A stretch of 64,000 nucleotides of DNA, taken from positions 1,152 through 65,151 of the forward strand of contig URWD01000002.1 in NCBI GenBank assembly GCA_900551525.1, written 5' to 3'. The first letter of the stretch is position 1. The number at the start of each line of letters is the position of its first letter. Shown here piece by piece: positions 1 through 8,494 of this stretch. The DNA is from an uncultured Mycoplasmatota bacterium. GTDB taxonomy: Bacteria > Bacillota_I > Bacilli_A > RF39 > UBA660. Under the pieces are notes generated by a model. The model was not told where the DNA came from. It did not search any database and saw only the letters and a list, made by a program, of their open reading frames with translations. The translations under genes were made by a program, and so were the position numbers.

Positions 1-303
1 GAATGTCAAATAAAATGTTGTGAGGAACCAGTCATAGAATTAATTCCAAATAGTATTGATGCTTCATTTGAAAAACACGTACCAACATATGAAATAATAA
101 ATGATGAAATATATGTAAAAGTAAATCATGTCATGGAAGATGATCATTTTATTATGTGGATAGCTTTAGTAAATGAAAACGTAACTGAAAAAGTTAAATT
201 ATTAGTAAATGAGCCTGCTGAATGTAAGTTTAAATACATAAAGGGATCAAAATTATATGCATATTGCAATAAACATGGTCTTTGGACTTGCGATGTAAAA
301 TAA
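1..303 (+). CDS. Desulfoferrodoxin / superoxide reductase family protein, 3' part (5' end lies outside the window)
   Basis: Frame +1 is open from base 1 to TAA 301-303. The translation ...CCEEP...EKHVPTYE...HVMEDDHFIMWIAL...YCNKHGLW carries the His/Cys ligand pattern of the SOR iron centre. Confidence 0.7.
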   Translation, partial: ECQIKCCEEPVIELIPNSIDASFEKHVPTYEIINDEIYVKVNHVMEDDHFIMWIALVNENVTEKVKLLVNEPAECKFKYIKGSKLYAYCNKHGLWTCDVK

Positions 304-319
304 AATTCTTGGAGCTAAG

Positions 320-1765
320 ATGAAAAAGCGTAAAATACGAGTTATAATCGGAGTAATATTATCTTTAATAATATTAGTTATCTTAGTAGCTTTGATATTT
401 AACACTAGTGCATTAATAAAAAACATAAATAATAAAAATAATGAATATCCTAAAGAAAAAAATAATACCATTGAAATTATTGATTTAACTAAAAATAACT
501 CTGATATTTCTTGTTTAAATGAAGAAGAATTTTACAAAGATGAAACATATATTTACTATCTACCATGTAATAGCAAATATATAAGTGTTATTTATAATGA
601 AGAAAAATTTGATATTAAAACAGCATTAACTAATAAAATAATTAAATTAACAGACTTAGATAAATATAATATTAAATATATAAAAAAAGAAATTTCCAAA
701 GAAGAAACAAATAAAATAATAACAATTTCATTTGATACCAAAGGTGGAAGTAAATTAGATAGTATCTCATTAGACAATAATCAAACTTTTAGATTACCAG
801 AAAATCCAACATATAATGGCTATATTTTTAAAGGTTGGTTAGACAAAAACAACAATAAAATTACAAATGAGACTATATTTAAAGAAGACACTACTCTTTA
901 TGCTATCTGGGAAAAAGTAGACAAAAAGAACAATGTAGTAACAGAAAAACCAACAAATAATAATAGTGTGAATAATAATCAAAATAATGAAAATACTAGT
1001 AAAGAGCCAGATAAAGTTGATAAACCACAACAAGAAGAACCCCCTAAAGAAACAGAAAAAACTCAAGCTCAAAAAAATAATGAATATCGAAATCAAATTC
1101 AAAACAAATATTCAATTAAAATAGCATATCAAGATGAAATGGACTATTATTCGATGAATGGCTATACAAGACAAATAATCGAGGATGATAATGAAATAAA
1201 TAAGTATCTTATAGAAATAGATAAAGCACTTGCCAAATATCCTGAAGGCTTTTTCAAAGAAATGAAAAACTTTAATATGCCAGCAACTATATATTTAGTT
1301 AAAAGTATAAGTGGTAATGTATCCGGGGTTACAGATGCTCATATAAAAACAAATATCATAATAATGATAGAACCATCACTATTATTTGAATACGTACTTC
1401 ATCACGAAATAATGCATTATATAGATTCATATATTAGTGTTAAAGGTTATCCAATCGATATAAATAAAAGCATGAATGAAGTAAACCCAGATGGCTTCAT
1501 ATATGGAGATGAAAGTAACGATTATGTCTATAATTTCACAGAAGTAAAAAATGCTTATTTTGTATCAAAATATGGAAAAACAAACTATTTAGAAGATAGA
1601 GCAGTAATTTTTGCAGAATTAATGTTTAGAACTTACACAAAAGATTGTTATGCAAAAAATACACCTATAAATAAAAAAGCAAACTTTATAAGTTCACAAA
1701 TAAAAGAACATTTTTCCATTTTAAAAAGTACCGAAAAATATTATTGGGATAGATTTATTAAATGA
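320..1765 (+). CDS. Membrane-anchored extracellular protein: Listeria-Bacteroides repeat plus C-terminal HExxH (ATLF/M34-like) metallopeptidase-like domain
   Basis: GGAG 311-314 precedes ATG 320. It has an N-terminal TM (VIIGVILSLIILVILVALIF) and the repeat ITISFDTKGG...GYIFKGWLD...TLYAIWEK. The C-terminus has HHEIMH followed by EDRAVIFAELMF (HExxH plus a distal FAE glutamate). This C-terminus is paralogous to that of 27970-29589. Confidence 0.65.
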   Translation: MKKRKIRVIIGVILSLIILVILVALIFNTSALIKNINNKNNEYPKEKNNTIEIIDLTKNNSDISCLNEEEFYKDETYIYYLPCNSKYISVIYNEEKFDIKTALTNKIIKLTDLDKYNIKYIKKEISKEETNKIITISFDTKGGSKLDSISLDNNQTFRLPENPTYNGYIFKGWLDKNNNKITNETIFKEDTTLYAIWEKVDKKNNVVTEKPTNNNSVNNNQNNENTSKEPDKVDKPQQEEPPKETEKTQAQKNNEYRNQIQNKYSIKIAYQDEMDYYSMNGYTRQIIEDDNEINKYLIEIDKALAKYPEGFFKEMKNFNMPATIYLVKSISGNVSGVTDAHIKTNIIIMIEPSLLFEYVLHHEIMHYIDSYISVKGYPIDINKSMNEVNPDGFIYGDESNDYVYNFTEVKNAYFVSKYGKTNYLEDRAVIFAELMFRTYTKDCYAKNTPINKKANFISSQIKEHFSILKSTEKYYWDRFIK

Positions 1766-1785
1766 TAAAAAAGAAAGGAGGTCAA

Positions 1786-2145
1786 ATGAAAAATACTTTA
1801 TTATTAAAAATAATTGCTGTAATAATTGTTTTAATAGGAGTTGGATTTGGAATATACAAAAGCGTAACCAAAGAAAAAGATCTTGTTTTTGAAGCTACAA
1901 TTAAAGATGTTGTACCTTCAGATAATAAATATACTATTTTAGTTGAAAAAAAAGACAAAGATAATGTTATAGAATACGAATTCGAAATAGATAACAAAAC
2001 TAAAATAATATATGAAAATAAAGAAGTTACATTAGATAAATTAAAAGTAAATCAACAAGTATCTATAACAGCAGAAGATGTAATGATGCCAAGTGATCCT
2101 GCAAAGTTAGCTAATGTTAAAAAGATAGTTATCTTAAAGGACTAA
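1786..2145 (+). CDS. Small N-terminally anchored protein, function unknown
   Basis: RBS AAAGGAGG 1774-1781 precedes ATG 1786. The track ORF start at 1762 overlaps the previous gene's stop and has no RBS. MKNTLLLKIIAVIIVLIGVGFGIY is a single TM or signal anchor. Confidence 0.55.
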   Translation: MKNTLLLKIIAVIIVLIGVGFGIYKSVTKEKDLVFEATIKDVVPSDNKYTILVEKKDKDNVIEYEFEIDNKTKIIYENKEVTLDKLKVNQQVSITAEDVMMPSDPAKLANVKKIVILKD

Positions 2146-2147
2146 AG

Positions 2148-2176
2148 AGAAAATAAGAAATTATTTTCTTTTTTTT
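2148..2176 (+). terminator. Rho-independent terminator
   Basis: Stem AGAAAATAA (2148-2156) pairs with TTATTTTCT (2161-2169), with loop GAAA and then a T7 run. Confidence 0.6.
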
Positions 2177-2207
2177 AAAAGTCTGTTATAATTAAATTGT
2201 GATTTAT

Positions 2208-2972
2208 ATGAATATAGAAATAAAAAAATATGACCAAGAAAATGCTAGTGTTTGTAATGATTTATTAACCAAACTAATAAATGATGAAACAAAATATGAT
2301 GAAAATTTAAAAATTAACATTATAATTAATGATTATTATAATAAATTAAATGAAAACTCAGTTATATATATAGCATTTATAAATAATAAAGTAGTAGGAT
2401 ATATATATGGATATGTAGCTGAAGATATTCTTGTTAAAGAAAAAACAGCTAAACTAGATGCATTATACGTTATAGAAGAATATCGTGGTAATAAAATTGC
2501 TAGTAAATTAATTGAAGAATATAAAAATTGGTGTTTTAGTAAAGAAGTAAAATACATCGAAGTAACAGCATGGAACGATAATATTGATGCTACTAAAATA
2601 TATTTAAAACAAGACTTTATACCAAAGAAAACAACCTATATTTATGGATGCCCAAAAAAACAATATCAAAAATTAGTAAGAGATAAAATACCTGAAAAAA
2701 TAAAAAATAATAATGAAGAACCAATAACTAGAATTCTAGATGAAAAAGAATTTAAAGAGGAATTAGAAAAGAAATTATATGAAGAATATATTGAAGTAAT
2801 AAGTGCTAAAGGTGAAGAAAAATTAGAAGAACTTGCAGATATGCTTGAAGTTATATCAGCCCTTGCAAATTCTGAAAATAAAACGTTAGATGACATTATA
2901 AACATTGCAAATAATAAAAAGAATAAACGTGGAGCATTTAATGATAAAATATTTTTAGAAGGCATAAAATGA
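2208..2972 (+). CDS. Fusion protein: N-terminal GNAT acetyltransferase plus C-terminal all-alpha MazG/PRA-PH-like NTP pyrophosphohydrolase
   Basis: The start is ATG 2208 (alternative GTG 2199). The N-half has a GNAT pattern (VVGYIYGYV, YVIEEYRGNKIASKLI). The C-half has KLVRDKIPEKI...EEYIEV...EELADMLEVISAL...KRGAFNDKIFL, typical of MazG-like house-cleaning pyrophosphatases. Confidence 0.6.
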   Translation: MNIEIKKYDQENASVCNDLLTKLINDETKYDENLKINIIINDYYNKLNENSVIYIAFINNKVVGYIYGYVAEDILVKEKTAKLDALYVIEEYRGNKIASKLIEEYKNWCFSKEVKYIEVTAWNDNIDATKIYLKQDFIPKKTTYIYGCPKKQYQKLVRDKIPEKIKNNNEEPITRILDEKEFKEELEKKLYEEYIEVISAKGEEKLEELADMLEVISALANSENKTLDDIINIANNKKNKRGAFNDKIFLEGIK

Positions 2973-4465
2973 GCAAATACAAAATAGATTATGAGATATT
3001 AACTTTAGAAAAACTTCAAAAAAGATTAGAAAAAATAATTTCCAATCCAGAAAATAAATTTAAAGTAACAAAATTAGAAAATATAGGATATACAACATGT
3101 GGATTTCCAATTGAACATTATTCTATAGGTAATGGCCCATTTCATGTTACTTATATGGGTGGAGCACATGGTAATGAAATAATAAGTGTAGATTTTGTTA
3201 CACAACTTATGCAAAATTTAGCACTTGGAAACAATTTTGATAATTTTGACCCAGAGATATTTACAATTGATTTTATACCAGTCCAAAATCCTGAAGGATT
3301 TGCAGTCACAACATATGCTTTAGATAGCGTCATGAAAAATATGACTGAAGAAGAGATTGAAAAATTTAGTAAAACGTATTGGACAGTATTTCGTGAAGAT
3401 GATCAAAATGTATTAAAAATAGATAAACTTCTTAAGACAATTAGTGAAGAATTTAACACTTTTGTTGATATTAATTCTTTTTGGATAAATTTTCAAAACA
3501 AAGTAATAACAAGAAATTCAGTATATGATTATTTAATTCAAGAATATCATTTTAATAACTCAAAATTATATTTAGTAATTTCAAATGTCTTAAAAGATAC
3601 ATTATTTATTGAAAGAAAACACACTAATTTCTTTAATAGTGTTACTCCAGAATGCATACCGGAAATTACAAAAGCTCATCAAACTTTAAAATCTAAGATA
3701 ATTAATATGTATCGAAATAATTTATTTCCAAATGGTTCTTTAGCAAATTTTTATTCAAATGCAAATGGTGTAAACTTAAATGATAATAATCCTATTTACT
3801 ACAAAATAATGAAAGAACAAATATCCAAATATGGGAAAACATTAGGTAACATGAGAGATAATCATATTACTAAAAGCATCAAAGGACCAATTGGTATGGC
3901 AAATTATGATATGAGTGAAGAATTTAGATTTGAACCAGAAAATACAGCATTACTTAACTATTTGCATAAATTAGAAAGTAAAGGGGAAAACATAGCTTTT
4001 TTCAACTGCCATGGAACAGGTGGTTTACTATACACATATCCAATATTTATTTATGATTACAACACCAAAGAAAATGAAATAAGAGATTTTACTTTCTATA
4101 TTAATAATAGAATAGCAACTGAATATACAAAAGCAATCGGAGAAATTTATCAAAAAGAAACTGGAAAATATGACACATATAAAATGATGGGACATCCAGA
4201 AAGAATAACAGGAGTGGGAGATCTACTTCGTCAAAAATATATTGCTTCGTTCATGTTAGAACTATCAAAAATGGGAGGTAATCCAATATCTCCATACGGA
4301 GATAAAAATGGTAATTTCTATTTAACTATGACTAGCAACTTTAATGCATTTAACAAAACTTTAGAAACAATATTAAGTATAAAGCATCTTTATAAGAGTA
4401 GTTATATAATGACTTATGATGAATTTGGAATGGTTCATTATGAAGAAAGTTCTAGGTCAAGATAA
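2969..4465 (+). CDS. M14-family zinc carboxypeptidase-like protein
   Basis: ATG 2969 overlaps the preceding TGA (ATGA). YMGGAHGNEIISVDF supplies the HxxE zinc site and FFNCHGTGG a distal His. Confidence 0.55.
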   Translation: MSKYKIDYEILTLEKLQKRLEKIISNPENKFKVTKLENIGYTTCGFPIEHYSIGNGPFHVTYMGGAHGNEIISVDFVTQLMQNLALGNNFDNFDPEIFTIDFIPVQNPEGFAVTTYALDSVMKNMTEEEIEKFSKTYWTVFREDDQNVLKIDKLLKTISEEFNTFVDINSFWINFQNKVITRNSVYDYLIQEYHFNNSKLYLVISNVLKDTLFIERKHTNFFNSVTPECIPEITKAHQTLKSKIINMYRNNLFPNGSLANFYSNANGVNLNDNNPIYYKIMKEQISKYGKTLGNMRDNHITKSIKGPIGMANYDMSEEFRFEPENTALLNYLHKLESKGENIAFFNCHGTGGLLYTYPIFIYDYNTKENEIRDFTFYINNRIATEYTKAIGEIYQKETGKYDTYKMMGHPERITGVGDLLRQKYIASFMLELSKMGGNPISPYGDKNGNFYLTMTSNFNAFNKTLETILSIKHLYKSSYIMTYDEFGMVHYEESSRSR

Positions 4466-4490
4466 GCTCGCACAACTTGCGAGTTTTAAT
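4465..4490 (+). terminator. Possible rho-independent terminator
   Basis: Stem AGCTCGCA (4465-4472) pairs with TGCGAGTT (4478-4485), followed by a short TTTT tract. Confidence 0.4.
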
Positions 4491-4508
4491 GTGCCCTAAA
4501 AAATAGCT

Positions 4509-4536
4509 TTACAACTTAAAAATAATTTGCTATAAT
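4509..4536 (+). promoter_or_regulatory. Sigma-A-type promoter candidate
   Basis: TTACAA (4509-4514), a 16-nt spacer, then TATAAT (4531-4536), about 27 nt upstream of ATG 4563. Confidence 0.4.
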
Positions 4537-4562
4537 TTATTCATAATAAAGGGCGTGATTAA

Positions 4563-5825
4563 ATGAAGATATCAAATGAAGTAAAAGCATTACTAGACAA
4601 ATTATATAATCTTCGTGGTGAAGATAGTGTAATACTAGCTAAAATGAATAAAGAAAGAGAAGAAGCTATTGAAACTGGTGAAAGAACTAAAAATGAAAAA
4701 GAAGTTCTACTTGAAAAAATAGCTAAATTAACTAAAGAAGAAGAAACCCTTCAAGAAGAAGGAAATAAACTAATATCTCTACTTAGTAATATAAATAGAG
4801 ATGATTTTGCTAATGTATTAGATCGTTTACAAATAGATTTTGATCCTGCATCAATAAATGAAAAAGTAAATAATATGCTACCATCAACAATTGAAAAGGT
4901 AGTAGCAGAAAATAAATTAGCTAGTGAAGAACTTGAAAATGTTGAAACAGAAATGAACAATGCTATAACAAAAGTTGAAGAATTAGGCATTAGAAAAGAT
5001 GAAGCATTAAGTAATCAAGCAAAGCTTAATGAATATTTTAATTTAGCTTTAGAAGGTAACATCAATATAACCAGAGATGCAATTACAAGTTTACTTGAAA
5101 AATTTGAATTTAATGAAGATGAACAAAGAGAAGCTGCAAAAATCCTAATGTTCCCAGAAGATGCACTTTATGAATATGATGGCATTTACAAAAGTAGAGA
5201 TAAAGCAAGTAGAAAAACAATAACTGATGTTTTGGTTGAAGCTAAAAAAGAATCTCGTGCTGAAAATAAGGAAGTAGTAAACGAAGTTAAAGAAACTGCT
5301 CCAGAAGTAGAAGCAAGTCTAGAAGCTCCATCAGCATTGGAAGATATTTTTGATAAAGTAATAACTGAAAATAACATCCCAGAAGTAGAAAAACAAAAAG
5401 AAGAAACACCAGTGTTAAGTGAAGAAACTTCTGAAATGGTAACTGAAGTAGTTAGTGAAAAAAATGAAAAAGAAAAATTAATTACATTATTAACATCTCT
5501 AGAAGTAAATGCTAATATATTAACAAATGAACAATTAGAAAAGATTCTTGCTAATTATGATGAAGAATTAATAAAAACAAATATTAGTGTATTAAAAGAA
5601 TACAAAATATCTCTTGATGTTATAAAAGAAAATCCAGAAATTCTTTATGACAAAGAATTAAAAGAAAAATTAGAAAAGTTAATAAATATTGGTAAAGAAG
5701 CTCGTGATATTAGTTTAATGCCAAGTATTTTAGTAAAATATGATTTAAAAGGTTTAAATAACACCATAAATGTATTACAAATAAGTGGATTAGATCCTAA
5801 AAAGGTTCCGTTAATGGCTTATTAG
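4563..5825 (+). CDS. Acidic coiled-coil protein with C-terminal mTERF-like helical repeats (hypothetical)
   Basis: A 420-aa ORF rich in E/K/L with a coiled-coil-like N-half. The C-terminus has about three ~30-aa repeats: ISVLKEYKISLDVIKENPEILY, KLEKLINIGKEARDISLMPSILV and TINVLQISGLDPKKVPLMA. Confidence 0.5.
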   Translation: MKISNEVKALLDKLYNLRGEDSVILAKMNKEREEAIETGERTKNEKEVLLEKIAKLTKEEETLQEEGNKLISLLSNINRDDFANVLDRLQIDFDPASINEKVNNMLPSTIEKVVAENKLASEELENVETEMNNAITKVEELGIRKDEALSNQAKLNEYFNLALEGNINITRDAITSLLEKFEFNEDEQREAAKILMFPEDALYEYDGIYKSRDKASRKTITDVLVEAKKESRAENKEVVNEVKETAPEVEASLEAPSALEDIFDKVITENNIPEVEKQKEETPVLSEETSEMVTEVVSEKNEKEKLITLLTSLEVNANILTNEQLEKILANYDEELIKTNISVLKEYKISLDVIKENPEILYDKELKEKLEKLINIGKEARDISLMPSILVKYDLKGLNNTINVLQISGLDPKKVPLMAY

Positions 5826-5838
5826 AAAGGAGTATATA

Positions 5839-6507
5839 ATGAAATCATTTGAAGAAGTAAAAAGTATATACGAAGAAGAAAAAGTTGGGTTTGACGTAAA
5901 TAAAGAACATCCTGAAAAGTTCTTATTATCATTAGAACTAGCAAATGATGGAAATAAAGAATTTCTAAAAAAATATGGTATAGAATTAAAACCAAGTGAA
6001 TGGATAGTTTTGACAATAGAACCTGAAATTCTAAAAAAAGCAGTATTAAGAGCTAAAGATTTAGGATTTCTAGAAGCTTATGTTCAATCACCATCATTTT
6101 TAAAACAAGATGTTGATAAAGTCATAAAAAGAATAGGTGAACTTGAACATTTAGGTATTCCATATAGAAGTGAAAAAGGAAAATATCAATCATTTCTATT
6201 TAGTGAAAGAGGATATAACTATGTTTTACAAAATAGTGGGAAAGAAGTTGATAAAACTCCCAGTGTGATTGATGCAGAATTAAAAGAACTAGCGGATAGA
6301 GTTATGGAAACTTTTGCTATGGAAGATAAAAAAAATGAAATATATGAAAATCTAGCGAAAATTGAAAAACAAGGTTTAGGAATTAGGGAATCATTAATAA
6401 AAGCATTTGAAGTATATAATGATAGTGGTAATTTAGACTATTTAATATCAAGCATAGATGAAATTCTAGAAGCAAATAAAGAAGAAGTAAAAGGGAGAGT
6501 AGCATGA
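5839..6507 (+). CDS. Hypothetical protein with mTERF-like helical repeats
   Basis: RBS AAAGGAG lies upstream. Repeats are EFLKKYGIELKPSEWIVLTIEPEIL, VLRAKDLGFLEAYVQSPSFL and VIKRIGELEHLGIPY. Confidence 0.5.
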   Translation: MKSFEEVKSIYEEEKVGFDVNKEHPEKFLLSLELANDGNKEFLKKYGIELKPSEWIVLTIEPEILKKAVLRAKDLGFLEAYVQSPSFLKQDVDKVIKRIGELEHLGIPYRSEKGKYQSFLFSERGYNYVLQNSGKEVDKTPSVIDAELKELADRVMETFAMEDKKNEIYENLAKIEKQGLGIRESLIKAFEVYNDSGNLDYLISSIDEILEANKEEVKGRVA

Positions 6508-6791
6508 GTTTTTTAAAAGAATATGGTTTTTTAGATAGTGATATTAGTGAGTATGAAAATAACACTCCAGAAAAGATGAAAAAAGTAATCGAAGAACATG
6601 AAAATCTAGTAAAGGTAAATTTAGAATATTTAAAAAACTTAGGTATTGAAACTTATAAAGAAATATTTATAAATTATCCAGATATGTTCTTAATGGATGC
6701 TAGTAATTTTGAAGAAAGTTTTTCTAAATATGATAAAGAAGAATTAATTACCAAACTAAATGCTAATTTCAAAATGGTAAAATATCTATAA
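6504..6791 (+). CDS. Small protein with mTERF-like repeats (hypothetical)
   Basis: ATG overlaps the upstream stop (ATGA). Repeats are FLKEYGFLDSDISEY and NLEYLKNLGIETYKEIFINYPDMFLMD. Confidence 0.5.
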   Translation: MSFLKEYGFLDSDISEYENNTPEKMKKVIEEHENLVKVNLEYLKNLGIETYKEIFINYPDMFLMDASNFEESFSKYDKEELITKLNANFKMVKYL

Positions 6792-6821
6792 AAAATAATC
6801 GCAAAAGCGATTATTTTTTTT
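6792..6821. terminator. Bidirectional terminator between convergent genes
   Basis: An 11-bp stem pairs AAAATAATCGC (6792-6802) with GCGATTATTTT (6807-6817), with loop AAAA. A T-run lies on the + strand and an A-run on the other side. Confidence 0.7.
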
Positions 6822-7620
6822 GTAAGCTATATAAATTTATTTCAGGTTTATTAAATAATCTAAATTCTATTTTAGGAGTACCAATACCACCAGAAATAAA
6901 TAATTTAGAATTATTTTCTTCATAACTACCATATTTATATTTTTTAGACCAATCTGTTGATATTATACCGCCATAAAAAGGTAAAACAACAAGACCATTT
7001 AGAGAATGTCCAGCAAGCATAACATCAATATCATCATTTTTCAAAGTTTCAAAGTAGTCTGGATAATGAGTAATAACTAAATTAAAAGTAGTATCTAAAT
7101 TATCATCAATACTTATAGCTTTACTAACATTATCCAAATTAGTTAAACCAGTTATTTTGATAGGGTTTACATCCTTATAAAAAATATAATTTGATTCATT
7201 ATCTAGTATTTTAAACTGAGCATCATTCATTATTTCACTATATTTATTTATCTCATCATTATCCCCGATAACAGCATATTTATACAAAGTACAATCCATA
7301 TTCTTTAATAATTCTTTTAATTTATTAATATCATCATTATTTAAATTATTATTCTTATATAATAAATCTCCGGTAAAAACTATAATATCTGGTTTTAAGT
7401 CATTTACCTTTGCAAAAATATTTTGAATTCTGTTTAAATCATTTTTGTCCTTTATTAAAAAGTCGGATAATTGAAGTATTTTAAAACCATCAAAAGAGTC
7501 AGAAAGATTTTGAACTTCTATATTTTTAGATACGATTTTAAAACCTTTTGGGTTAATAAAAAATCCGTATAAAACTAAACAAATTATAAAAATAAATATC
7601 ACTAAAAAAAATTTTTTCAT
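6811..7620 (-). CDS. Membrane-anchored calcineurin-like metallophosphoesterase homolog (YkuE-like) with substituted metal ligands
   Basis: It has an N-terminal TM and the YkuE-like layout: QLSDFL (usually DxH), FTGDLL, VIGDNDE (usually GNHD), ITHYPD and AGHSLNG (usually GHTHGG). Confidence 0.65.
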   Translation of the reverse strand: MKKFFLVIFIFIICLVLYGFFINPKGFKIVSKNIEVQNLSDSFDGFKILQLSDFLIKDKNDLNRIQNIFAKVNDLKPDIIVFTGDLLYKNNNLNNDDINKLKELLKNMDCTLYKYAVIGDNDEINKYSEIMNDAQFKILDNESNYIFYKDVNPIKITGLTNLDNVSKAISIDDNLDTTFNLVITHYPDYFETLKNDDIDVMLAGHSLNGLVVLPFYGGIISTDWSKKYKYGSYEENNSKLFISGGIGTPKIEFRLFNKPEINLYSLQKK

Positions 7621-7681
7621 TATTTACCCCGATTTCTACAATATAAATATATCATATTTATAAATTATTATCAATTTAGAA

Positions 7682-7710
7682 TTGAAAAAACTCAAATAAT
7701 ATGGTAAACT
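7682..7710 (+). promoter_or_regulatory. Sigma-A-type promoter with extended -10, upstream of the pilus-like operon
   Basis: TTGAAA (7682-7687), a 17-nt spacer, then TGgTAAACT (7702-7710). Confidence 0.5.
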
Positions 7711-7732
7711 AAATCATAGGTAGGTGGGCAAA

Positions 7733-8494
7733 ATGCATAGTTTTAAAAAATCTGCAATAATTGCTTTTTCATCACTATTTTTACTAACAAATGTAAACGC
7801 AGCTACATGTGGTTATGAAGAAAAAGCAAAGTTAAATAATGAAATAACAAATGTAAAGGCAAATTATGAAATTAAAGAAAGGGTAATGAATAAAGACGAA
7901 TATACAATTTCCGATGCTTTAATTGGAACTGAATACGAAGATACGTATGAAGCCACAACAGAATATATTCAAGTAAATATTTTGAATTTAACTGAAAATA
8001 TGTATGTTGAAGTAACAAATGATTATAACGATGATAAAGCTATATATCAATATAGTGACACAAAAAACGGGAACATATCATTTGATTGGCATGAAATTGA
8101 TGAACTGGTAACATATACTATTAAGGTTTATGCCTCAAGCGCTACAGGATGTGAAGGAACGATACTAAAAACATTGTATCAAGCTTTACCAAGGTATAAT
8201 GATTACTCAACATATGATATTTGTAAAAATATTCCTGATTCGTATTTATGTCAAAGGTATGTAACATATGAAAATATCGGTTTTGATGTTTTTACTGGTA
8301 GAATATATAAAGAAGTAGAAAAGAAAATTCAAAAAGAAGAAGAAACTAAAGAAAATGAAAAATGGTATAAAAAGGTTCAAAACTTTATTGTTAAACATAA
8401 AGTGCCATTTATCATCGGGGGAACAATATTGGTTGTCGCAGTTGGAAGTACAACATATATAATAATAAAGAAACGTAGGAGAAGTATAATATGA
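7733..8494 (+). CDS. Secreted protein with C-terminal TM anchor and 4 Cys; first gene of the operon (unknown function)
   Basis: The start is ATG 7733 (alternative GTG 7724), preceded by a G-rich RBS (GGTGGG). It has the signal peptide AIIAFSSLFLLTNVNA/ATC and the C-terminal anchor PFIIGGTILVVAVGSTTYIII followed by KKRRRS. There is no LPXTG motif. Confidence 0.6.
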   Translation: MHSFKKSAIIAFSSLFLLTNVNAATCGYEEKAKLNNEITNVKANYEIKERVMNKDEYTISDALIGTEYEDTYEATTEYIQVNILNLTENMYVEVTNDYNDDKAIYQYSDTKNGNISFDWHEIDELVTYTIKVYASSATGCEGTILKTLYQALPRYNDYSTYDICKNIPDSYLCQRYVTYENIGFDVFTGRIYKEVEKKIQKEEETKENEKWYKKVQNFIVKHKVPFIIGGTILVVAVGSTTYIIIKKRRRSII

